DNA of 64,000 bases. It comes from Takakia lepidozioides (taxonomy: Eukaryota; Plantae; Bryophyta). This document shows positions 13,901 through 25,900 of this stretch, piece by piece (position 1 is the stretch's first letter; each line of letters begins with the position of its first letter). Made by a program: the position numbers and the translations under genes. Under the pieces are notes generated by a model. The model saw only the letters and a list, made by a program, of their open reading frames with translations, was not told where the DNA came from and made no database searches. The stretch lies in the NCBI GenBank assembly GCA_030704615.1, contig CM060734.1, forward strand, positions 2,852,001 through 2,916,000, written 5' to 3'.

Positions 13901-16900
13901 CAGAGGGAGGGCTTGAGGGACAGAATCAAAGGCCTTTTGGAAGTCTACAAAGCATGTATACACAGTTTTCTTTTCTTAAACAGCCCCTTCCACCATAGTT
14001 TGAAGAGTAAAAATGTGCTCAAGAGTGGATTGTTTGTGCTCGAAGCCTGCTTGCCCAATAGCTCCAAACTGAGAAGATTCAGCCCAATCATCTAGGTGTA
14101 CAGCCCCAAACAGTTTGGCAGTTGCTGAAGAGACCATATTGTGCGGTAATTGGTTGTGTTCAGCGTGTCGCCATTCTTCAAAAGGTGTGGATGATGCCTT
14201 TTGTCCGTTCTGCTGGAAAGCTGTGACGCACTCCTTAAGGATCTTCAATAAATGGGGCCAAAGTCATTGTGGCGTGTTGGATGAATTCGGTCTGTGATCT
14301 CAACAGGTCCACTCCTCTGCCATTTAGCAATTTCTTGATAGCCTTGCTAACATTGGAAGTAATGAAGTAGGAAAAGTGAAGAGGTCTGGAAGATAGAGGA
14401 AGTGGAGGTTGGTTTGGAGAGTGATATTGTGACTGAGCATCTTCCTGCCTAATGTGGATGTCTGTGGTCAGAATTGGGGTTTTGTAAGGTTTGAGAAGTG
14501 ACCAAAAGGTGCGGAGAGAGAGTTTGACCTGTGCAAGGAAAGTTGACTGGCGTTTGATAGTGTAGGCTCCAAAGGAAGAAACTTCATAACATCAAGAGAA
14601 AGTAATGGAAAGGACTGGTACTTTATAACGTCCATGGGAAGCTCAAAGAGCTTATGGGACAAGAGGAAGAAAGAACTAGAAAGAGTGAGGGGCACAAACA
14701 GCCCAAAAGCAACTAAAGCTCAAGGGATTGTCTAAGAGTCAATGCTTCATGCAGGTAAGCTCCCAAGCATTTTTCATCCTTGTAATGGAAGACCTCCGGG
14801 TATCCCGGAATAGACAGTTGGATCTCCCACGGATCTCATTGTATAAAGGGCAGTTAAGAAGAAGTGCTCTTCACTTTCAATCTCCCTGTAGTTCGCAAGC
14901 GTAGAAGAGGATACCACAACGCCGCGTGAACCTCCCCAATGCCCTTAGAAGAGAAATGAAATGGTGCTTTATAACGTCCGCCCTTAGAAGAGAGTGAGAT
15001 AGACCTGCAGACAGGTGATTACGCAAGATCCTATAGTCACATAGAACAAAGAGTGTTTCCCGATAGAATTGCAGTTTTGTTGTTAGAGTGGCTGGTTTGC
15101 ATGTCCGCCTGACATGCAGTTCCATGAGTTCTCTTCTGATGCATCTATTGCGGTCCTGTTTGGACGGAAGAATGAAATGAAATGAAATGGTGCTTTATAA
15201 CGTCCGTGGAAAGCTCATAGAGCTTATGGGACAAAATGGAAGAAAACATGAGAGAGGAAACAAAAACAAGGCCAAGAATAAGAACTATTGTTCGAGTGAT
15301 TGTCTAAGGGTGAAGGCCTTGTGCAGGTATGCTGCCAAGCATTTCTGATCCTCATAGTGGAAGACTTCAGTGAGAGATTGGGTTCCACGGAATAAACAGT
15401 GGAATCTCCCACGGATCTCGTAGTATAGAGGGCAATAGAAGAAGTGTTCTTCAGTTTCAATTTCTCGGCTGCGCCCTATGCAAGCTGGACATAGGCGGTC
15501 CTCCCGTTGCAGGTTTTCCCATCTGCCAGTCTCTATCCGTAGGTTGTGGGAACCCACTCTGAACCGTCCCAATGCCCTCAGGAGGGAAGGAGATAGAGAT
15601 GCTGAAAGGTAATTTGACCTCAAGATTCTATCATCTCGGAGCACCAAGAATGTCTCTCAATAGAAGTGGAGCTTTGTCGTGAGTTTTGCGGTCCTGTCTG
15701 GATGTGATGTCCACCCCTTCTGGATGGTAATAGGGAAGCAGTAGAGAGTCCATTACGCTGAAATAAACTATCCACTCGAGCATACCAGGAGTGCCTGAAA
15801 CCTGTAGCTTTTCTTTGTCATAGGTTGCTCGTTCTACCATAGTTTGAAGAATGGAATGTGGTCAAGGGTGGATATGTTGAAGCGGAAGCTTGCCTGCCTG
15901 GTAGTGCGAAGCTGAGAGGTTTCAGCCCAGTTATCAAGTTCCATGGCCACGACTGCCCCAAAACAGTTTAGCTGACAATGAAGAAACCATCATTGTGGGG
16001 TAGTCGGTTGGTTCTAGCTTGTCGCCGTTCTTGAAGAGGGGTGGATGACGCTTTTTGTCCACACTCTTGGAAAGCCATGCTTCACTGCGTCGTTGAAGAG
16101 AGGTGCTTTAAATGCGGCCAAGTTTGCTGTCGCATGCTAAGAAATACACTTTATTATGTTTGCTGTGAACCACGAGGGCCCATGGGACTGGGTAGAAGAA
16201 ATGACCATTCAGGATACTTCAAGTGCCGCCGTAAGAAGGGCCTCAAGCAGTAGGCCGCAAGGCATTTTGGAGCTTCAAAGCTAAAGGCATTTGCTAAGGA
16301 ATGGGAATCTCTAAAAGGACAGTAGTATCTCCCATGTATCTTGTAACATACAGGACAGGAAAGGAGGAAGTGGTGCTCTGTTTCCACAACGTGCAGACTG
16401 GGTAGATTGTAGCGCCTCGTTGTTTTATCTCTAAACCATTCCCCATGTCAATTGCAGCCTATGAGATGGAAGGCACGAAGGGCTCTCGGGAAGCTGTAGA
16501 AACTTTCCCCCTCGAAGTAGGAGGGCATGATTATCCAGTTATACCTGATTTTGAGAGAGTTGTCTCTGTAGCATTTGAGGGTGATGGCGAGTTCTCTTTC
16601 AGGGCCGCATGTCTGTTCCACAGAAAACTTCCTGAGATCTCCTTGAATCAGCCTGTTCCTCTCATTCTGCGTTAGTATGACTTCTGGAGAGGGTCAAAAG
16701 CAGGGAGACTAGTGGTGTTGAGATTGTAGCGTGCAAGGAACTTGCTCATGTGGTAGTACCAGCATGTTTTGGATCCTTTCCCAATATCTGTTGAGTTGTG
16801 TGCAGTGCCCTCATCAGCAGCCAGTCCGCGCCTTCGGCACTACTTTCCTCCCCCGGTGCTGGAGGCACCTCAGCCTCGGTACCTAATCCTCCACTTTTCG

Positions 16901-19900
16901 TTCCTTCTGTGGAAGAGGTATAGAAGTTTGTGCCGCTGATGTGACTCAAATTCAGCCCCCCGATCTTGCAAGCATACAAGGCTGAAGGGGTGACTACTGA
17001 ACTGAACAGCCATTTGCGCATTGGGTGCAGGTGGTTGTCTATATTATTTTTCTCTGTTTCTTCTTGAAACCCCTGGCCCAAAAGCATCTCCCTGACTCAT
17101 AGTGCACTGGGCAAGAGAAAAGACATCCTATTGTAGTGGTCGGATCCTCTCCTCTCGAGGTTTTCGCCTGTCTGAACCATAGACTGTGTGAACCAAAACT
17201 CTTTAACGCCAGGTAAGGCATGAGAATTTGGCTAAGGCCAATGTAAGGTGTCTGGATGAAATGTTACATTTGGGATGGTACATTTACACGTGGACATGTG
17301 ACATTTCCTTCTGCCTGATGCACAGATTGTGACCTTTTTGGTTGACCCGGTGAATTATGAGGAGGTTCTTGAATTGAGTTGGGAAGATGACCATAATCAC
17401 CAGGGATGGCAAGCCCTTGAGGCTCTGGCTACTGCCAGTCACCAGTTGCCATCAGGGCTTGCCATTACAATGGCTGTCACCATCGCGTGGAGTTCATCAC
17501 CATCAGCTCGCAGCCAGCTGTCTGGTAATGCAGAAGCCTGTCTAAGAAGATGTTAATCCTGATGAATGTCAGAGTCTCATCCACAGGGGCGCTGAAGTGC
17601 CAAGATCAGAGTCCTCAAAGCCTTGAAAATAGACATAATATAGACTTCAATTGCTGGAGGGGAGAGGGAGAGGGATATAGGTCTTCTCCTTGCTTGCCAA
17701 ATGGATATCAGTACCTTAGGATCGCCATTGGGTTGGCGGAAAGGCTTCTTCATGCAGCACATTGAAGCCTCCCTAACCTTGGTTTACAGCACTGGCTCTC
17801 AGTTCTTAAGATGGGCTAGTTAAGGCTTAAAGCATAAGAGTTGGTTCAGATATGTGGGCAATAATTTGGCAGGCCTGGAGTAAAATTAGGCCTTAGCTCA
17901 ACAACTGATCACACAACACTCCCACAAAGATTGTGAGCAAGCAGTGTTGAGGGCCTCTTATACAGGGCGAGAAAAGCTGGAAAGGCTGAATTTGACTTTG
18001 CTCCCTCCTCTGTGAACAAGGAACTCTGGCTATTAATTAGAGTGCGGTTATCAAATCAATAGAAGCACAAAGTCTGGGACAGGCTGCTGAGAACCATTCC
18101 AAATGAACTGAGAGACATTCTAAAACATGGCCAAAAACGATGCTAGGGCCTTCTGAAGGATGGAAATAGATTTTCAAACCATTGGACATCTGGTACAAGC
18201 TGTCACAGAATTGGCTAGGGCTGGTAATTTCAGGCCTTAGGCCCTCCTTGCTGTAAGGTCTAAAAGCCCCACTGGACCAATGTATTTGGTGGAGCTTCAA
18301 GTTGAGAAGGTTTGAATGGTTTGAGTGCAAGGATTCATGAACTGCACTGCAGTGTCCCCTGAGGAGTTGGTGAGTAGACACAGATTTCGCCCGGAAATGC
18401 CTTGGTTTCTCAATCTCAGTTGCAGACACTAGAAATGGATCCTGCTGACTGTTGGAATGCACCCGCTGCTCGTGAGAGCTGCATCCTGTCTCAGAAATAC
18501 TCCCAAGCTCGTTCACAACACGGAATGAGATATTATACATTGATTGCATCGATTGGTATAAAGTTTGGGTGTGGTGTTTCCCTCTTTCCTTGCAAGGAGA
18601 TAGTAGGTATGAATAGTGGACAAGAACATTCAGGACCTCAGAAACCAGCCAGGGGGTGATCCTTCCTATATAAGAGATGGAGGACATTGTGCAGTTTTGT
18701 GATATCTGATGTTTAAATGAGGCAGGGTGGAGGGAGGTCTGAGCTCTGATGTGGCTCCAGAGCGTGTGGCTGTAGTATGCTGTGGCATGGAGGGAGAGTA
18801 TTTGCCAAAGTACCACGAGTAAGTTTTCTCTTTCGAAGGTCCATTTTACATTCTTCCAGTTTGTCATGAGGAGGATTATGAAAGTAGAGTTTGCAGTTAG
18901 GATACAGGATTCGAAGGATTGTTTGATCACTTTAGGTTTTCCTGAGAGGGCTCTCTGTTGCAGATGTGTTAATTTCTCAGAATATGCCGTCTTGGGCTTG
19001 CGGCAGAATTCTTTGCGAGTGTAAGGCCTGTGGAGAGGAAGGGAAATCCATGAAGCCTTTGGAGTGGGAGAGACACACCGGCTGTCGAAAAAAGAAGTGG
19101 AAGGAGAGCATCCGTGTGCGAAACCTGGATCAAACTTTGATTACCTGGGTTGGTTTCTCAAACTCTTGGTCTTGTCCACGTATGAACTGGCTGTTGCCTC
19201 ATCCTTTTTCAGCGAAACAGGAAATTCTATCCAATTTGCAGTTCGTATCATCTGTTATGTATCTTTAAGGTGCCTTCAGTTGTTGAGACAAAGAAAACAT
19301 GGAGATAGAGAATGTACTCATGAGACGTTTGCCGTAGCCTTGTGGCTATAGACCCCGCGCCGTGTTTGGGCAAGACACTACCTTTGTGAGGGGCTCACTC
19401 CAGTAGTGAGACTTACCCATAGAGAAGTGAAATGAAATGGAATGGTACTTTATAACGTCCGCGGAAAGCTCGAAGAGCTTATGGGACAAAATGGAAAAGA
19501 AACATGAGAGAGGAAACAAAACCAGAGCCAAAAAAGAACTACTGCTCGAGGGATTGTCTAAGGGTGAAGGCGTCGTGCAGGAAAGCCCAAGCATTTCTGA
19601 TCCTCATAGTGGAAGACTTAGTGAGAGATTGAGTTCCGCGGAATAGACAGTGGAATCTCCCACGGATCTCGTAATATAGAGGGCAATAAAAGAAGAAGTG
19701 TTCTTCAGTTTCAATTTCCTGGTTGCGCCCTGTGCAAGCTGGGCATAGGCGGTCCTCCCGTTGCAGGTTTTCCCATCTGCCAGTCTCTATCCGTACATTG
19801 TGGGAGCCCACCCTGAACCGCCCCAATGCCCTCAGGAGGGAAGGAGATAAAGGAGCCGAAAGGTAATTGGACCGCAAGATTCTATCATCTCGGAGAACCA

Positions 19901-22900
19901 AGAATGTCTCTCGAGCTTTTTTGTGAGATTGGGTAGCTTCCAAGTTCTCCTGACTTGTAGTTCCATAAGCTCCCTTCTAATGAGTCTGTTGCGATCCGAT
20001 GTGATTTCCACCCCTTCTGGATTCTCCGGCAATAGTGAAGCAATAGAGAGTCCATTGCACTCAAAAAAAGAGAGAGAGACAGGGGAGAGGGGGCTCACCC
20101 ATGGGAAACCAAGAAAAAGATTCTGAAAAGGGAGGTTTTTCTCTCTGTGGACCTTTGGGACATGGAAGAGCTGAACAGCTGCCGAATGAAAAAGCACAGT
20201 GTGGCGGGTCAGGCTGCTGGCAAGCATTCCACATGATTGGAATCTCCCTTGCCGCCACATGTCTTTGCAAAAAGAATTGTTAGGTTCTTCATCTGGTGGA
20301 AGCTGCCTCATTAATGGCTATGGTCCAGTTTGAAGTGTCCACCAGCAAGGTTCTGAGCTTCAAAGACGCCACTGCCTCCCTCCCCATTCTGCGGCTCGAG
20401 GAAGTGAGAATCTTGGAGTGGTCTACAGGAGCTTCATCAGTGGCTACCGAAGTACCCCTGAAAACTCAATACATTGGCAGTAAAGGGTTCGTGATGTGAT
20501 CTGGTGTGGCAGCTGTTTTTGCTGGATTGGGATCCAGACCTTGATTTTTGAGAACATCAAGGAGAACATTAAGACTTCCTCCTTCTGAGGTATTCCCGCA
20601 AGCTTGCATGTAACAGGCAGCTAAAACCCAGTTAAGTCACCTTCTCTCAAATGAATAGGCTGGGCCCTATCTGAAGCAAACTGGCCAGCCATCTGTTGGA
20701 ACTTTTCATGTCCAGCGGGGCCCAGAAAGGTAGAGGGCTTTCTTTGTAATACCACCCACAGAAGTGTTTCGCACGGGCAAGTCGCTGACGCTAGAAAGTC
20801 CTCTTTTCACAAAAGTTGCGGAGCTGGCCTGAACAAGACTTTGGAACATTGCCTTCTCTTCTGCCCAAATCCAAAAGAATCTAAGCCTATTCCCTCAGTC
20901 TCTACAGCCATTGGCTTGCCATGGGTGAAGTCGATCTCACATGTGCCTGTCTTCTATGATCGAAGTCCATCCTTACATGCAATGAAATATTTGTGTGGAT
21001 GGAGCTGACATTGCTTTCTCTGATGGACATCTGATGAAATTCGAGGACAAGTTTTAGATCTCAATGGAGGCATATGAAGTTGACTTGGTTTTTTCAGTAA
21101 GAACTCGATGCAACTAGGAGCTCGATCACTGGGAGTGTGGTTTGGGACTGCATACGGGCATTCACTCTCTGGAATGTCTCGAAACCAGGATGCTTCCTGT
21201 TTTTACAAAACCAGCAGGTCGTGTTGGGGCCTGCCATGAGTGGTCGGTCTTGAGTTTTCTTTTGCAGCATGCTCTCCCAAGGTGCAGGAAGCCTTGCTCG
21301 CTATATTCAAAAAGCACGGGGACAAGAAAATCGTGTATGTTCTTCTGTCCACTGCTAGGTGGTGCACCTCTCCCCCCATACGTTCCTTGCACTAAAAGAG
21401 GAAGAGAGAGGGTATAAGTTTAAAACCAAAGGCTATTGTGGTTTGGACTGTGATGCAGATCAAGGGCATGTTGGCTGGTGGAGCTGTTGGGCTTGCATAT
21501 GAGGTACCTGGGGTCAGCTTATCTGCCACCTTGCGAGAACGATCTCTGACCTCCTGTCTATCTGGTGAGTCCATAAGAGAACTGAGAATTGCACAAAATG
21601 AACTTACGTCATTTGTTTGCTTAGAATGATCACCTATGACATCTTGGCGATTGTGAAAAGCACTTCTTGTGTCAACCATTCCAAAAAAGACCATGATGTC
21701 TAACATTTCACCTATCCTTGTGCACAGTACCATATGAGCCAGTGGTGGTGACTTGGACCTCAGAGAGGTGTGCAGTGTGTCGGTGGGTTGAAGATTATGA
21801 CTACAACAAGATGATTATTTGCAACCGGTGATTTATCTGCCAGTTTGTTTTCCTCTTCACTTTGTTTCAGATATCACCTTAAATTCATCCAGTGCTGATT
21901 TCCTTGGAGGCTCTTCATTTGAGGAATGGCTATTTTAGGCAGCTTTGTTCCCTTTTATATCTTCTTAGGAGGGGGAAAGGGGACATGACCCCTGGCTTCT
22001 GTGTCTTTGGGCACGCTTTAAGTTGTGACTGACACTGGTTGCTGTAAGTTTAGAACTAGCTCTAAGAAAGCATTCCGTTGCAAGTCTTTTTTGGGATCAA
22101 ATAGATTGTACTCATAAGACGTTGTTTGCCGTAGCCTTGTGGCCATTGACCCCGCGCCCAGTTTGAGCGGGAACAAAAGGAACAGAACCTACCTCTGTCA
22201 GGGGCTGACGTTGGTAGTAAGACTTCCCTTCATATAAAGAATTAATCCGGGTTTTCCAGATATCCTCTAGAAATCCCTTCACACAAGCATCAATCTGCTG
22301 TGTGTGATTTGCCCAAAACCTAGGCCTCAGGAGGGCCTGGGCTTTTGGCTCAGCCTCGAGACTTTCAAAGTTGGTAAACAGGGGTACAGGCACAATTCCC
22401 TTGATAGAGTTGAAGAGAGCGTCTCTTTGGTGAGAGAACCCCAGACAGTGTATCAGAAAATGAATACTGTCTTCAGATTGCCCACACAACGGGCAATTGC
22501 ACTCTCCCTTTCCTCCCTGCTTCTGTTTGCTGTTCAAAGGTAGGCTTCCTGCCCTGAGTTTAAATTTCAGTCTAGTGCCGAGAGTGTGTAGACCCTTGAG
22601 GTCATCCAAGATGTCCTCCCCCATGTCACTGACTGGAAACAAGTTCAGGGAAAGTTTTCTGCCTAACTTCATTTTCATCAGACAATCTCATGGCAACAGA
22701 CACTGTGTCATAAGCCTTTTTGACATCCAGGAAAAAAACATAAGTGGGTTTCCCTTCTTTTTTCCTTCCCTGAATAATCTGGCTTAGAGTGAAGATATGA
22801 TCCACACAGCCCCTGTCGCCGAAAGCCAGCTTGGCCTTTGTGGAAACAACCTCTAGACTCCAGATCAACCTCGAGACGAGTACTTATAACTTTGCAGAAT

Positions 22901-25900
22901 GTCTTGCCAACAGCATTGAGGAGCGTGATGCCACGGTAGTTCCCCGGTTCTTCTCTGTCACCCTTCTTGTATAGATTGACAATGACCCCCTGTCGCCAGC
23001 GAAAGGAGATCATTTCAGTCTTCCAGATAAGGTTAAAGAGGAGAACTAGGGCCTCTATCATGGGATCGCCACCGTGCTTGATAAGCTCGTTGACAATACC
23101 ATCAGGTCCACCAGCTTTATATCCATTTAAATGTTCAATTGCCATTGAAATATACTCCAGTTCATCAGGGCTGTTTTGAATCATAGGAACAGTTTTTCCA
23201 ACTGTCCCTCCATTCAGCAGAAGACCCCTCACTGTTAGACCTAGAAGTTCTGCCAAGGATACTGTAGTGATTTTCAAAGGTTTTGACAGTGTCAACCGAT
23301 GAAGTCACCACTGCACCTTTAGTAGTCTTCAGCGCTTGTACTTGCTGACCGTTTTTAGGCTTACAAACATTGAAGGGCCAACCAGAATTTCTTGTCATTA
23401 CCACCATGGTGGTTTGAGTTTATTTCACTGTATAACTTATCCCAGTATAATTTCTTCTGAGACCTAACAAGCTGATTGATATCTTTACGGAGCTGGTAGT
23501 ACCTCGCCCACAATTCTCTGTTGGTTTTCAAATTGCAGCACTCTTTATAGAGGGCTCGTCTCTCAGCTATCTTGAGTTTGATCTCATTGGTCCACCAATT
23601 AACAGCTCTACCGCAGACAATTAGTTTCCTCCCAATGATCTTGTCAGCCACGGAGGAAACGAAACTCTCCCAAGAGTCCACTGCTCTTTCGACTTCATTT
23701 CTTGCGTTGTCAGAGCGAGACTGAAGTTCTTGGAGCGATTGGACAAAGTGAGGGAGAGCCTCTTGCAAGGCCTGGACGTACTCAGCCTTGACCTCCTCAT
23801 TATGGAATTTTTCTATGCGCCACTTCCGAATCGAACGTTTCACAGATCTCTTGGTGTTGGGAAAACACCTTTTGATCTCAGTCCAAACCAGGAAGTGGTC
23901 ACAGAGACATTAATGTACTCCCGTATCAAGTCCACCCAATGGCAATAGGCTTCCTAGAGGGAGTAGGACAAATTGCATGTGGGATGCTGTTAATTTTCTG
24001 GCAGGGAGTGGAACGAGTGCCATCTAACCAGGAGCACTCGATTTTTCGTGGTGGCAGCATCACAGCTTATGAGTACTTTCACCTGTTTCCCTTTCTTCCT
24101 GCTACTTATCTTCCTCCCCTCCCTCTTGAATCCAGTATGATGTGTGAAACCCCAATGGTTGACATGGAATAAATATGGGTTCAGGTGCCAAGTGGCGGTC
24201 CATGAGGAATGTTATGGAGTGAAAGCATCAGAGAGCACGGGATCGTGGGTTTGCAGAGCATGTGAAACACTTGACATTGAGCGTGAATGCTGCCTTTGTC
24301 CCGTCAAGGGTGAGTGCTGTGACTTCCTTGGATTGGGGTCTTACTAGTTTGTCAGTTCAAGTTTCTGTGGTCCTCTCATCTATTTTCTTGGTGTAAGCAC
24401 TTGGGTTCCTGTTTGTTTTTTGGACCCTTTTAAGAGATTCTTTACTCTAGTCTTGTTCAAATGTCTGCCTGGCAGTACTTGTTGGCTGATGCATGGATGT
24501 CACATAACCATGGTAAAGTAAGTGCTGTTTCGCAAAGTTGAAGCCAACTCCCTCAAGCAGCCCGAAATGGATCAATCTGAACTGTCGTGCAATGGTGTTA
24601 GCTCATCTTTCTTGAGGGAGCTGCAAAATTTTGTGTTCTTAGTTCTGAGAATTATTTCTTCTTATGGCAGGCGGTGCATTGAAACCCACAACAATTGCGG
24701 GCCTGTGGGTGCATGTAACATGCGCATGGTTTGTGCCAGAGGTGACTTTCAAGAATGCTTTGAAAATGGAACCAGCAGAGGGTCTCATCAACATTGGACT
24801 CGCATGCTTTCGTCAGGTGATCAACGTGCACAGCCTGATGCACATCCCCTAGTATTTACATGCATTTGTTCTTCTGCCAAGTGTGGGTTTGTTTTCCTTG
24901 CTCATAAGAGTCTTTCTGGGGGTTTCCTCCTCCACATGATCTGCAAGAGTGTGTATAAGGGGCAATGAGGTGTTTGTATCAAAAGTATGTGGGAAGTTAA
25001 AGAAATTGCAGAGTTCTTGATGAAGCTATTTGACCTTTCAGAACTTGATACTGGTACAACTGCTGATTGCTTGAGTGTACAGGTATGTACGATATGCAGA
25101 CAGACACATGGTGCATGCATCCGTTGTGCCAACAAGAACTGCCGCACCTCATTCCACACCATGTGCGCCTTCAGAGCTGGCTACCATATGGAGGCATGGT
25201 TACAGCCACCACTTGCTGTTTCCTGTTCATGTTTTGTAAGCAGCTACATAAGTCATCGGTTGGAGGAGATACAAATGTCCCAAAGTATTGGAGGGGAAGC
25301 CCAAAGAAAAAGTTGATGGATCCATTGTTGTGGCCTGGAAGGCTGAATGTATTTCTCAGGCTCAAGACAATAAACCAACTTCCAGCACATAAAACCAGTC
25401 AATTATTAGGAAAATACAAACCTGAAGAACTTAAATACACCAACCACACGCACCCACCCCCACAAAAAGGGCTCACCTGTATGGCAATATAATTTACCAC
25501 CTTCATCACATGCTCCACAAGGTTGTACACTCCCTCTTCGTATGAATTGTTCAGTCTGACCTAGACAGTAGCTGAGCAGACTAAAGATTAAGTGGAAGAG
25601 GATAGGATTTCTTTTTTATGTATAATTCAACCTTGTGCAAAGAGAGCTGCCCCTTCCTACCTTCACTTCGGTGTTTAACCAATTTCCAGAGCTGGCTTTC
25701 TACCATGCTTTTGAGGATTATGTGGACTTTTAGAACACTGATGGGGCTTCTTCAGGTCATATAAGGTGGAGTGCAGAAAGATATGAAGAAGATTACATCC
25801 TATTTTCTTCTAAGGGTTTTATTGTCAATTTGAAATAACACCGTTGCTTTCATTAATGATCACTTCTGAGAAAGGACACCTTTTTATGTCCTTAGCTACT

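Noticed and set aside
18037-18930. 297-aa minus-strand ORF
   Set aside because: No recognisable domain, and antisense to a real ATX exon; probably a chance ORF.
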